Shown: positions 13,401 through 26,700 of the stretch, one piece after another | How the letters are laid out: each line of letters opens with the position of its first letter | How positions within the stretch are numbered: the stretch's first letter is position 1 | Assembly (NCBI GenBank): GCA_028023455.1 | Contig: JAQFVV010000005.1 | Location: forward strand, 8,928,001 to 8,992,000 | DNA from: Epiperipatus broadwayi | Taxonomy: Eukaryota > Animalia > Onychophora | Reading direction: 5' to 3' | Length of the DNA stretch: 64,000 bases | The notes under the pieces: generated by a model | Database searches by the model: none | What the model saw: only the letters and a program-made list of their open reading frames with translations | Told to the model about the DNA's origin: nothing | Translations under genes and position numbers: made by a program

Positions 13401-14502
13401 TTCTTTGTTCCCAATTCAAGACAGAGTACTGTCATTTTTCTTTTCAGATCTACATATATTTTATGTTCTTGCATGTATTTAACACCTAACATGTAATCAA
13501 TGTTTTTTTTTAAAACTATCTTTATCCAGAAATATATTTTTTCACAAAAGCATATTTTTTTAATAAATATTATTACATTATATAAAAAAGTTTTTTTATT
13601 ACAGACTAGAAAGAAAGTAATAAAAGAAAAGAAAATTATGACCAAACTGACATTCGTGGTGTCTTTCTCAATTTTATTGTTATAATGTTTATTAATATAT
13701 TTAGATTTGCTATCCAATTTATTTTAAGGCAAATTATTTTTAAGCTCCCATCCAGTAGGCCAATCTGAAAGGGTTACATAATTTTGCTTATTACACTATT
13801 CATTTGCATGCAATATAAATTAATAAATTTCCTTTTTTTACATTACACTATTATTTTTAATCAGTATATTTATTTCTTTTACTAAATATTTAATAGCATT
13901 CTTCATTTTGAAAACCAATTTTTTTTATTTCTTAACTGATCTAATTAAGTTATGTATATACTTAATATGCATCCATTTACACATGGCAATATATAAAATT
14001 TATTAATCCATCTATCAGAGTACCAAACTTATAACCATGTAGCTTTGTAACATAACTAACTCAAGTTGCAATCAAATTTGTTCTATTACAATATGCATCT
14101 TAGGAAATATCTCTTAAAAGATTCCTCATTTATCTGATTTAAATAGTATTTTGTCTTAGTGCATAATTCTTAAATGAGTAAGAGGTTAATAACTTACAGT
14201 GGCATATTTAAGTAAACAGTACTTTATAACAATTCAATTAATATGCCTCTACACATCTATTTAAATATTATATAATAACATACTCTAAACAATACAAACA
14301 ATTCTTTATACAAAACATGCTTTCTCTTCTTGGAATTGCCATCTTTAATTAACGATCAACTGCCACGCTTTGTGTGGCTAATGGCTTTTTGTAATAAGAA
14401 GTTATTTTCTTATCTCTTTTTTTTAAAATTTAATACCCACAAAAATTGTTTTCTCCCTTTCTCTCAAGTTATTTTTAAGACAAAGAATGTATATAACCAA
14501 CA

Positions 14503-15348
14503 TTGTAAATATAGAGGATTTGAACTCAGACTTTCAACCACCCTTTAATTATCCACACTATCTCATACAACTGATACACATATAGAAAAGATAAATAATC
14601 ACCAATATATATATTTCATGCTAAACCAGTCCTCATCAATTGGTCCAGATTATCTCCCATATATATATACATAATCAGTGCTTAGTTTATATTAAGATAG
14701 CAAATCTTCACACTTTAATCAACAGGCTTCAATCTATCCCAACCTCCAACTTTTCAGCCATCCATATCATTGAAAATCTGATGATGAAAAGCTCAAATCC
14801 CATGCTGATGCCAACATTATTGTCATACCCATGTTGACCTCAAGTCACTCTGACCCCTCATGTATAGGACCTTATCCATTTAAATACCTAGAATAGGGAT
14901 GGGCAGCATACAAGCTTCATATGTAAATATTTGAAAACCAGGCACTCTTAACAAAGCTGGAGCTTAATTATAAATATAGAGGATTTGAACTCAGACTTTC
15001 AAGCACCCTTCAACTATCCACACTATCTCATACAACTGATACACATGTAAAAAAAAAAAAAATCACCAATATCCATATTTTGTGCTAAACCAGCGTTCAT
15101 CAGTTGGTCCAGATTATCATCTCCCACACATATATAATCAGTGCTCAATTTATATTAAGATAGCAAATTATCAGATTTTAATGGTATGGATGGCTGAAAA
15201 GTTGGAGGTTGGAGTAGATTGAAGCCTGTCCACTAAAGTGTGTAGATCTTCTAGCTTAATATAAATTGAGCACTGATTATATATGTGTGTAGGAGATGAT
15301 CATCTGGACCAACTGATGAGTGCTGGTTTAACATGAAATACTTATATT
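14503..15348. mobile_element. R1 retrozyme-like element, 1.45 units plus a short inverted arm
   Basis: Same unit as 5516-6766. Hammerheads on the minus strand at 14601-14644 and 15065-15108 (464 nt apart, each with a core mutation) and on the plus strand at 15308-15348. No TSD found. Confidence 0.85.
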
Positions 15349-16249
15349 ATCACAGTAAGAGAGATTTTGGTATAAAGCTTGTAGCTTAGAAGTCTCAAAG
15401 ATACAGAACAATGTTTCATCAACAATATTCAGGATATATAAAAAATATTTTTTTTTGTAATTGGGAGATATGCCATCTGGAAAGTCCCAACCATATATAA
15501 TCATATATGTATGAGTATAATTTTTTTATATATATACTAGATGTTAACTCATTATTTTACACTAGTATTAGCCATTGGAATCATAGATGAAAGTCTTCCT
15601 GATCTCACTCTATATGATATTATCTATGAATAGATTCAGAGTTGTTATATATATATATATATTATAGAAAAGATTTACTGTTAACATTTTAGAATATGTA
15701 TAATTTACTATTTACTTTAATTTTTAAAGCCATATAATAACAACTTCCTCAAAAGAGAAAAACTACTTAAATTTTAAAAGAAAAGGTGATATTTATATTT
15801 TGTTCAATAAGGTAGCTGTTTATAAATGTTTAGTATTAAATCTCAAACCTTGATAAGTAAACAAGAAATGACATTTAAGATCAAAATAACAAATTCTAAC
15901 TCGTTTCACTTTATTATATCCTTTAAGAGCAATGTTACATAGTTTATTATTATTTCTTTTGATACAAAAGAACATGCATTATAATTTAACATTTAAAAAA
16001 AAAAGAGGAAAGAAGTAACATTTTACAAGATAAAATCCCGTATCTATACATGTATATTTTGATAAATATATTAATAAATATTTTGATAGATATATTAATA
16101 AATAAACTACATTTTCATGTACATGAATATATATATATATATTCATATGAATTGGTATGACTGATGTTTTGAAATGTATTTGTTAATGATAGTAATCATT
16201 TAATAAATGTGACAAAACCAGCATGAGCAAATTAAAATGACAACAGTGC

Positions 16250-17000
16250 TACGATATTCATGCCATTTTTTTTTTTTTTAAAGTCCATGTCCTTAAACAA
16301 AAACCCAGTTCTATTCTTAAAAATATTATTTTTTAGAAAAGTTGTGATCCTAACAAATATTGCTTTCATTATGAAAATAATGATATACACTTTTATGAAG
16401 AATTGCTTAAAAATATCTTACCGCATGATTGGATAAAAAGATTTTTAATGTCCACTTTCCAGATAAATGAAATATAAATCAATGGCTTGATACTTATCAA
16501 AATGTTTTCAACACATTCAAGAAATTCTATTTTTAATTTCAATGGAGACATCAAAATATTCTAATTTAACCTTAACTAAAATTGTATGTGTGTGTACCTA
16601 GGGTAATATAAATATTCAGAAATGAAATCAATAACACCATTAAAGAAATCAAGGAATATTGCTAATACACAAAACTGGATGATTATTTATGAAGAAGTAT
16701 CAATCTCTTGATTTTTGATTCATTTTTGTTATTATATTTCAACACCATCTGTTGGATTATCTGTTTTATGTGTATTGACCATAGCTGCCAAAAAAATCTT
16801 ATATTCTTGCATGCATAAGTTTATATCCAAGGATTATAGAATATTGCTGGATAGAATAGTGGTTACTCCTTCAAAAGAATTATGACAGAAAGACCTAATG
16901 GATATCTTAAAAGTTGATATTTAGCCTTACCTAATGTATGTTCTATGATAACTATCTGAATGGATTATTACTGGAAATATTCTAGATGTAAAGTCACATT
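16250..17000 (-). pseudogene. Degenerate LINE reverse-transcriptase relic
   Basis: Minus-strand remnant VLAIFLDF...HTILVKVKLEYF resembles the LINE RT motif [AI]FLDFSKAFD..H.ILL.KL. Many stops. Confidence 0.4.
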
Positions 17001-17699
17001 ATATTATAATGAGAATATTGTTGTTATATTATTGTTATTGTATAATTCTCATGGATTGCGAAAGTTAGAATAATCTTATCTTCACTGTAAATTACTGAAT
17101 TCTATTTTGGAATTTTATCATTCTTTTAGAAAGTTGCTTGATATTTATGTTTGTTTCTTAAAAATGAATAAATGAGCATAAGTACAACTAGGGGAATATA
17201 ATAATAATTATCCAAATCGTAAATAATTATCAATTAAGTTTATATCATTATTACATTTTGAAACTTCGTTTCTTTATATTGTCTTATTAAGCTAATATTT
17301 ATCTATCGTTATTTATTGTAAACAAATTATTATATTGAAATATCAGTCCTGAATATTATTTACTTAATAAATTGGCGGTAATAATTATAAGTAATATTCC
17401 AAAATATATATCTATAAAAGGAAATATATATATACATTAACAAACTTTAACTACTACATAATTTAAACATTAATATCTCACAGGTATATGAATTAGTTAG
17501 TATTTAAATTGTCATTTTAGATTTTCATTACTTTCGCAAGAGCTATCATTCCTTACTAATTGATCTTATTATGTAAACGTATTGGTATAATTTGGGGATT
17601 TAGGACCACAAACATATAAAATCTGATTCATTTTACGTATACCAATTTTCTTTATTATCGATGTGATGTGATGAACTGTGGCTTCTCCTTAAATGGAGT

Positions 17700-18420
17700 C
17701 AAGAATCTCTCAACAATTATTCCCAGAGAAACCTGTTAGCCACTTTATTTTCCATTCTCCACTCTAAATTTTCCCATATTTTGCTCCATCCCATTTCCAC
17801 AACATAATCTTTGTCAACTCTATGGCCTTTATATCTAAATCCCCCTTATCTTTTCCCAAACACAACATAAAAAACAATCCACTTTCTGTATAATCACTTT
17901 TTTCATATTTATTCTTCCATAATTACATTATATGTACCCTTTCTGTTTTCAAGCATTTACATTCAATTAACAGATGCCTAATATTTTCTATTCCTTCCTT
18001 ACACAATTTACAGACTAAATCACCCATATTTTTCCATTTACATGTATATTCTCTTGTTGCTAAAGATCCCGTTCGAGCCTTAAACAATAAACTACTTTCC
18101 TTACTATTATCATATATTAACTCGCATCTAATATTCTGTTTACTTCTATATATATTTAAACTCTTTTTACTCTCCATACTAGTTCTCCATCTCTCTAACT
18201 CCCTATTCTTTATTAATAAATCTATTCTTTTATCCTATTCCTTACCACTATAACACTCAACAATCCCATCTTTTGTACAATTATACAGATATAAATTCTT
18301 TATCCAAATCTTTCGCATATCGCATTAACTTTCTCACCCATCTTGTCGTCTTCATCTCTTGGGCAATGCACTCTCTTCCTTTCATTTATATCAGTACAAT
18401 ATCAATGCATATTTGTACCC
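17700..18420 (-). mobile_element. 3' fragment of a LINE ORF2 (C-terminal zinc-binding region)
   Basis: ORF 17923-18177: SLNIYR.K......YDNS..SSLLFKARTGSL...CKLCKEGIENIRHLLIEC (CxxC..H..C). Confidence 0.75.
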
Positions 18421-19464
18421 GTAAAATCAGGACCTCGTAAATTCAATATTAATTTTTCCGAATTTGCTTGCTAGATTCATTTTATTTATCATTGATGTAT
18501 TTGCTTATTTAATAATTAATGTTTTTTTATTAAATAAATTATTTTTATTCAAAAACATACGATTTTCTTGATTTTATGTAATATATTCCTGTAATCGTAA
18601 ATTAAATATTAAGTGTACATCTTACTTTTTTATCGATTAGTTTTTCTTTGGTGCAATGTAGTATAGAATGTAGCCCAAAACGAATGTAGTCGAGCATACT
18701 TGTAAATGACTGTTTTATATGGAAGTAAGTAATGTATTTGAAATAAGAATTGAATTTTTGCTTAAAGATCCTTTTATGGAATATTTTCAATAAAATTGTT
18801 CTTATAGAAAAAAAATTAAATTGAAAATGCCCAATTAACAATCATGTCTCTGATAGAACAGGGAAATAAATCGACAGAAAACTTTCATCTGATCTGCATA
18901 TATGTGGAATTTCGTAACATCGAAAAGTTTAATCAACATAAGTTTGATGTGAATAGTTGTCAAATTTCATTATTTCTTTCAATTAACCAGGTAAGATTTT
19001 ATAAAAAATTAATAAACAAAAACTTTAACTAAGTGGGAAAAAGAACAACTGGAAGGAAAATGAAAAAGGTATTTATTTGTCTGAGTTTATTTTTTAAAAA
19101 AGTTAAAGCGATTAATCTTTTTATTATATAACTTACAATCCAATGTAGTTTCGCATGAGTGTGAGGATAAAGTTCCGTTCACAAATGATCTTTTGGTAAC
19201 AATACAAAAAGTGAATCAGACATATAATAGTAATATATTTAATGAGTGTTTTAAATAAGATGCTATGAAATTTCATTAAAACTCAATAGTGTTAAAGATT
19301 TTCGTTGTACATTAAAAACTATGATCGTACTAAATGTGAAACATATAGGAGGTTATTCAGGGGAGTGGCCATTTACATGTTTTCTTTGTTATAGATTTTT
19401 TTTTAAATTAATCTCAAAAGAATTATTATTCAAACTGGATGAATTGAATGAAACTACATCTTTT

Positions 19465-20581
19465 GATAATATGTTGGACTATTTCCATCGTCTATCAGTA
19501 AATGTTGAATGTATAGAAAATTTTAAACTTTTAAAATATAAACTTGTTAATAATAGCAAACAAATAGGCCACAGGATAGTAATGACAAAACATTTGGAGT
19601 AATATTATTCTCCACACTTCTTCAAGTGTTGCTGGCTTGACCAGTGACAGTATTAGCTTAAGAATCAAATTTGCTCTTTAGATTCTCAAATTTTAAGCCA
19701 AACATTCAAACCAACTAAAGTATTTTGCCAAAGGCAACACATAGTAGAAATTTCATATATTTAAATATAAGGGTTGGTTCAAATCCTCCCTAGTCCTTCA
19801 TTTATTTATTTTTAATAATTTTTCTAAGTGCAAAGATAATTAGAGGCTTCCATACATTGTATATTGCACACTGTTGACTTATGTAGGATTATTTGCCATT
19901 GTCAAATAATTTTCTTCTTTGCACCTTTTCCTCATTCCAATATTTTTGTATTTTCCCAATTGAACATATGGTCATTAATACATACATGGTCTGCTATTGT
20001 AGACATCTATTTTTTCTCTTAATCATTAGTTTGTGTTCTTTCAATTGCTTTTTAACAGGATGCAATAATATACTTCCCTTCCACATTCATAGATGCAGTT
20101 TGTCGCTCTGTTGAACAGTGATTGTAAGTAAAGTATGTACTAATGACCATATGTTCAAATGGGAAAATACAAAAATATTGGATAGAGGAAAAAAGGTGCA
20201 AAGTAGAAAATTCAAGGAAGCTGCTTATATGACAAAATCAACCCAGTGTGGGAATATACAATGTATAGAAGTTTCTAATTAACTTTGCTCTTAGAAAAAA
20301 TTATTAAAAAAAAAAATTTCTACTGCCTCTTGACAGAATAGCTCAGTTAGGTTGGGCATTTGCCTTAAAATCCGATATTCAAGAATCTAAAGGTATGGGT
20401 TTGACTCCTATGCTAATACTGTCAATACTAACTTGTGTTGTTTATATGTGTATTACTATTAACGAGTTGTTTGTATTTGAAAAGTTTAAATAATGTTTCA
20501 CATTCAATATTTATTGATAGTTGATGGAAATAGTTCAACATATTGTCACATCTAATGTACCATCATCACAAACCTTCAGGC
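19465..20581. mobile_element. Penelope-like element P2, two inverted 3' arms
   Basis: Minus arm encodes LKEHK..STIADHVCINDHMFNWENTKILE; plus arm (from about 20130) encodes DHMFKWENTKILDR..RKFKEAAY. The tails are mutually inverted. Imperfect flanking repeat aaactaca(ata)tctttt; empty site at 58535-58552. Confidence 0.8.
20332..20424 (+). other. tRNA-like (A-box/B-box) segment inside the P2 tail; not a canonical tRNA
   Basis: GACAGAA TA GCTC AGTTAGGTT GGGC ... ATGGG TTTGACT CCTAT GCTAA TACTGTC A. The homologue at 24493-24550 (-) has a perfect GGGTTCGAATCCC. There are five extra nt between the T arm and the acceptor strand. Confidence 0.6.
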
Positions 20582-20773
20582 AAATACAATATCTTTTATT
20601 TTGCTCTGGCTTGAGAATTTGTTACCTAAGGAATATATTTTCATCTGAGATTAATATTATGGAAAAAAGTAATTCTGGAATGGAAATTTAAGGAAGATAT
20701 GTTTGTTGGAAAAAGTGATTTACAAAGGATAATGAATAGACTCTGGGAAAAGGAGTGTATGGAAATTGAATAG

Positions 20774-22108
20774 AACCACTAAACATCACATGATCATTAT
20801 TTCTTATGCTTGCTCATAACTTATTAAAACGGGCAAAACTCTCTATACAGTAGTGCCACACAGTGCAAGCCATAATAATCTATGGATGCCAGAGGGCTTG
20901 TGCATAAAATTCCTATCTAGTGCCTACTCATCCAGACTAGTTTCTGTCTTGTGGCTTTCATCGGTGAGGAGCCTTGGATTTGAGAGCACTGCACATAGAT
21001 CTTAGGATCTAAGCAATCCTCCAGCAGCCATCTTTTATCTCTACTTAACTATAAAACTATGAGAATAAGATTGAAAACAAAATAATATTTTCAATCTAAG
21101 CTCATTAGCTTATATAATCATATAGATCTGAACTCAGTTCAATACCCAAACATTTTTGGTGATTTTGGTTCTTTAATAACCATAGCCACCACTATCCTAT
21201 TAGGCAGGATTGGTGTTAAACCACTAAACATCACATGATCACCATTTCTTACGCTTGCTCATAACTTATTAAAACAGGCAGAGTAGTGCTACTCAGTGCA
21301 AGCCGTAGTAATCAATAAATGCCAGAAGGCTTGGGCATAAAATCCCTATCTAAGGCCACCCCAAATTAGATTCTGGCATATGGCCTTCGATAGTGAGGAG
21401 CCTTGGATCTGAGAGCACTGCACCTAGATCTTAGGATGTAATGCAAACTCCAGCAGCCACCTTTTATCTCTACGTAACTACAAAACTTTGAGAATAAAAT
21501 TGAAAACACAATAATATTTTTAATCTAAGCTCATTAGCTTATATAGTCATATAGGTCTGACCTCAGTTCAGTACCCATACATTTTGGTGTCTGTTTAATA
21601 ACCATACTCACCACTATTCTATTATGCAGGATTGGTGTTAAACCACTAAACATCGCATGATCACCATTTCTTACGCTTGCTCATAACATTAAAACAGGCA
21701 AAACTCTCCATATAGTAGTTTAACACCAATCTTGCCTAATAGGATAGTGGTGGCTATAGTTATTAAAGAACCAAAGACACCAAAATGTATGGGTACTGAA
21801 CTGAGTTCAGAACTACATAAGCTAATGAGCTTACATTGAAAATATTATTGTGTTTTCAATTTTATTATCATAGTTTTGTACTTAAATGGTGATATAAGGT
21901 GACTGCAGGAGGGTTGCATTAGATCCTAAGATCTAGGTGCAGTGCTCTCAGATCCAAGGCTCCTCACTGACAAAGGCCACAAGCCAGAAACTAGTCTGGG
22001 GATATTGGATGAGTAGGCACTAGATAGGGATTTTGTGCACAAGCCTCTGGCATCCATTGATTACTATGGCTTGCACTGAGTGACACTGCTGTATAGAGAG
22101 TTTTGCTT
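20774..22108. mobile_element. R2 retrozyme-like element: ~450-nt unit, 2.1 units plus a 0.9-unit inverted arm, 12-bp TSD
   Basis: AACCACTAAACATC recurs at 20774, 21219 and 21641; inverted arm 21719-22108. TSD GAAATTGAATAG at 20762-20773 and 22109-22120; empty site at 58710-58721. Confidence 0.92.
21961..22002 (+). ncRNA. Type I hammerhead (R2), core-mutated copy
   Basis: tcctca CTGACAA a-ggc-cacaa-gcc-a GAA ACTAGT C tgggga (G8 changed to A). Confidence 0.65.
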
Positions 22109-24270
22109 GAAATTGAATAGAGAGAATATATTGGATAATAGGATGATTAGGGGATGTGAAAATGTAATAGCTAAAAAAAAATAGAGACTAATATTGTGTG
22201 TGCTAAGTATATTAGGAAAAAAACAAAAATGATGTTTTATTGGTTGGGTTAGTGGTGTTGCTGATAAGGATTCTTACCAAACAATAAGTTGGTTTAAAGA
22301 TGTGATTAGATGCTTAAAGGAAATAATTGGGCAGATAGAAGTAGTTGGATTATTATCAAGATTTTTTAGGATAAACAATTTGTGGAATTACTAAATTTGT
22401 GTTGAATACTGTTGAGTTTTTTAAACATATTTTGTTAGAAATAAAGACTTATTTATAAAGGATAATTTATATTTGTTAGACAGAAGGAAAATATTAAATG
22501 AATGAAATTATAGTAAATTTTATTATGCATTAAATTAAAGAAGAGGAAATAAGTAATATATAAATTTATTTATGAAATGTCAGAAGTATAATTTATACAA
22601 TGTGGCTATGTTTATGTTTACGAATGGTTAAAGTAGATGGGATTGTGGATAGAGTGAAGAGGGATTGAAAATATTTTTCTATACCTGATGACTGAAGGTT
22701 GTGATAAGAAATAATATTTAAACAAAGAACCAAAATATTACTATACAACTTGGCTTTCATAAATATGTAAAGGAATAAAGATTTGAATTTGTTAATTTGG
22801 TGTTTTTTAGGAAAAAAATTAGAATTGTTAATAGTACTAGAGATATAACTGAGAAAAGAAAAAGTATTATATTTACATAAGTGTGAGTGGCAGGTGATAA
22901 AGAATAAAAAAAGAAGCTATCAATAAAAAGAATATTTAAAAAATAAAATTGTAAAGATGTAAATTAGATGAAAATGAGTAAAAGTAAATAGTACAGTATA
23001 ATTAGTTTACCATAAATGGGATGTAAAAGATTGGATTAAAAGCATTTGAGAATGTCTAATGTGGATATAAATGAGTTTAGGAGAATAATTGTAAAATATT
23101 GATTCTAAGCACATTGATTGTGTGCAGAATTTGAACGAGTTGTTATTGAAAATAAATGTTGGAAAAAATGGAACAAAAACTGGAAATTTAAGCTAAGTAC
23201 ATGAGATAGAGTTTGCATACTTGAGCCAGGATGTGAAGTACACTGACATATGTATCAGTAGATGAAGAACTATGAAACAAAAAGAGTTGGAAGTGCTTGA
23301 TAAAGAAAAATGACATAATAATGATCATAATGTTGTCTTAATAGAATTGGAATATTTGAAAGGTAAAGTATTAAAACTTATACAAAAATTAATATGGATG
23401 GAAATACACAACAGGCTTAATTGAATAAGTATAATAATATTTTGGAAAGAATTATGAAAGTTATTTGAATGGACTGCTGTGATGAAGAATACTGAAAGTG
23501 AATGTTTAACAATAAAAAAAGAAACAATTTAGAAAGCATATTACAAGAAATCACACTTAGAGAATATAAAGATGGCTTTAAGAAAAAGTAAAGATTAGAA
23601 GATATAACTACTTAAAAATGAAAAATAGATCTATTGGAATTAGACTGAAATGAAATTAATTTCATAAATATTAACTGATGAAATTATAGTATAAGATGGA
23701 AAATAGTTGTGAAAATTTTTAGAAGTATGTAAAAAAGAAAAATTAAAAGCAAAACAACTTATTACTAAATAGAGAAGAAAGAGAATGTGAAGATAGGAAA
23801 TATCTTGAACAAGTAATTACTGAATTTACAATAAAACTTTTGGGTGAAGGAGAGATAGAAAGTAGTTATGATTTGAGAACATAAGTCATGAAAAAATGGA
23901 AATAATAGATATAGAATTGAGTAAATAGATAGATAAAAAAAGCAATAAGACGAAATAGTATGATAGATGTAATAAAACTAAACCTGAGAAAGTATGTAAA
24001 GGTTGGTTTAAAATAAAGTTTTATATTACAGATTGTAAGATTCCAAATAAATGAAAGAGTTGTGATAAATAGAATGTTATGTAGAGAATAGCTAGATTAT
24101 CAACCAGCTATAGGCTAATATTTTATATTTATGTTGAATGAAAATGGTTCCGGAAATAATGAAATTATTATCTATATATTTAGTAAAGGTGATAAAGAAG
24201 TAAATTGTTAACAATGTTTAAGTGATAGATTTAACAGATTATTGAGAAAAAAAACAGTAGAGATATTAAT

Positions 24271-24737
24271 GTTTTCCTGAAGGTTTGTGATGATAATGTT
24301 TTACTTGTATTTTTATATTGGACTATTTCCATCATCTAATATGAGTACTGAATGTCTTTAGAAAAAGTTAACTTTATTTAAATATTCCAAATACATTCAA
24401 TTATTAGTAATAGCACATCAAACAGGTTAATAAATGCACATTTCGAGAGGTATTATTCTTCTCTCTTCTTCAGATGTTTCTAGCCTGACCAGTGACAGTA
24501 CTAGCATGGGATTCGAACCCAGATTTTTAGATTCTTGAGTATTGAATTTTAAAATAACGCCTGAAGAAGAGGCAAGAATAATAATAACCTTTCGAAACAT
24601 TGTGCATTTACTAACTTGTTTGATGTGCTATTACTAACAGTTGAATGTATTGGGAATATTTAAATAAAGCTAAATTTTTCTTAAGACATTCAATACTGAT
24701 ATTAGATGATGGAAATAGTCCAATATAAAAATACAAC
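24271..24737. mobile_element. P2 tail pair (inverted) with 13-bp TSD
   Basis: 24305-24480 is inverted relative to 24555-24737. TSD TAGAGATATTAAT at 24258-24270 and 24738-24750; approximate empty site near 61364. Confidence 0.85.
24436..24478 (-). ncRNA. Minimal hammerhead remnant (P2)
   Basis: Reverse complement reads CTGAAGA A gagag-aagaataatac-ctctc GAAA tgtg. The plus-strand partner at 24556-24604 reads CTGAAGA A gagg...cctttc GAA ACAT T gtg, consistent with CpG decay of an ACGT palindrome. Confidence 0.6.
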
Positions 24738-25329
24738 TAGAGATATTAATATTTGAGAAAAGTGAAACGATATCAGAAAATGAAGAGGAAAACAAAATAT
24801 ATATAGGTAATATAGAAAGGTTTTAAAAAACAAATGGGAGATGGCAAAAATTAAATGGGATTGTTATTTAAGGGAAAAAATAGTTATGAAATTAAAATAG
24901 AAACAAGCTGAGCTTAATAAATTAACTGAGGATATTAACAATATGAAAAGATTTGATTGTAAACAATCTTGGATATATATAAAGGCTGTTATTTAATGGG
25001 TCAGTATTTTTAAATATTTTAAATCAGTTTTTTAAATAAATGAACAATAATTATAATAAAATATTAGTATGTAATATAAGTGGTCAATATATTATTTAAT
25101 ACATTAACTCAATATTTTAATTGAAATATATGTTAGTATTTTAAATAAAGAATAGTATTTCAATAAAATAATAGTATATAATAATTTAAACACTTTTGCT
25201 GTGGCTAGCAGGTTGATTGGACATAAATAAATATTGTAAATTATAAGATTTTAAATACATTTAAATTATTTTTAATCCACTGCATTAAATATAGAAGAAT
25301 ATAGATCTGATGAAGAAAAGAGACTAGTT

Positions 25330-26700
25330 CAATTTCTAACAAAACTATGAAAGAAAGCAATGAAAATGTAATTGTTTAGAGCTAAAAATGAACATTCTCA
25401 TGGAAACTTACAGCAACAAGCACAAAAACTTTCAAATCAAATAAAAGAAGGAATTAAAAAGCTGTTTACATTAAATCTATTCATACATATTGCTTACAAT
25501 AACTCTCCTCATATACACTTTAATGCAAAAAAACAATCTTAACCACCTCTAGCTTTTAAAATAAAAATAAAGGAATTATATTTAAAAATTTTGCATTAAA
25601 GTATATATGAGGAGAGTTACTGTAAGCAATATATATGAATATATGAAGAAATGCAAAGAAAGTAAAGGAGAAGAATAAGAATATACATTAAATCTAAAAA
25701 TATATAAGAACTTTCAGTTGAAAAAGTTTAAATTCTAAAAAAAAAAAACATAACTTTTTAATTATTTAATGCAATTAATGGAGTCAGTCTTTGTGCATTT
25801 GAAAAGTGGTCTTTAAATCACAATAAAATGGTAGATTCTGCTGAATTAGCTTTTGTGATGTAACATCATTTAGGTGTTGAAGAGATGGATAATGCATAGG
25901 AAAGAAAATGATGGGGACAGGCTCACATTTCAGAGTTTTAATTTCAAATGTTTATTTAAAAACTGTCCTATGTCAAACAAAATTCACATTGATACCATTT
26001 AAAAACTGATACAATTGTTGGCACTACAAATAATCTCATTCGTCTCACATTACTCTATGTTCAATTGAAAAAGTGGCTGATTTTCATATTTTAAATCAAT
26101 TGGTGATGGTCTAAATAAAATAAATAAGTCTATTGATTTAAACTTTTATGTCTGATATGTCAAATGCAATTCAAAATATATTTGTTTAAATATTTGCTAT
26201 AATAGCATTTAATCATGTGTTGAACACATATGTGGGGCAATGTTATGAATAAAATTGAATCATAGTTAGACTGAGCTTAAGAAAAGAAATAATAAATGAT
26301 ATCAATACATTGTAATTGGGCAAAGTAAAGAACTATCTGAAAAAGCATTGCCATTGTTGATTAAGAAATGGCTTCAGAAAAGGCAAACATATATCAAAAT
26401 TGATACAAATATGCTACATTGCTCTCACAAATAATCCATTGAGAGTTCTTTAATTTTGTTGTCAAAAAAAAAGACATTTTGTGAATAATTTTATTTGCTA
26501 AGGGTTCTTGAGTTAATCACAAAGTCTATAGAAAAGGGATCAAAAGAATATATAATCAATGTTCAAATGGTAAGGATCTTAACTACAATTGAATTGCATT
26601 AATGCTCAAAAGGTTATTAGTGGAGGAAAACAAATATAAACATATTGTCAATGGTTTGTGACGATTCGTTTCAATATTTTTGTCCATTGAATCAAGAATG
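25330..26700 (+). pseudogene. Mutator-like (MULE) transposase relic
   Basis: Frame-broken IHIDT..KL, MSDMSNAIQN.F, MC.THMWGNV, KEIINDINTL.LGQSKE..EKALPL..KKW and TNNPL.S motifs. Confidence 0.65.

Larger units (their letters stand above)
20600..24270 (+). pseudogene. Degenerate LINE RT relic interrupted by an R2 insertion
   Basis: Remnants NLR(K/E)ICL..KVIY.RI.NRLWE and G..RGCEN. Continuous with the paralog at 58620-61400. Many stops. Confidence 0.55.

Noticed and set aside
20332-20424. Possible intron-containing tRNA gene
   Set aside because: There is no consistent anticodon stem, five extra nt separate the T arm from the acceptor strand, and it is embedded in a PLE tail. Reported only as tRNA-like.
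5516-22108. Tandem repeats considered as CRISPR-like arrays or satellites
   Set aside because: Units are 330-460 nt with no unique spacers, occur in only 1-2 copies, carry ribozymes and are TSD-bounded.
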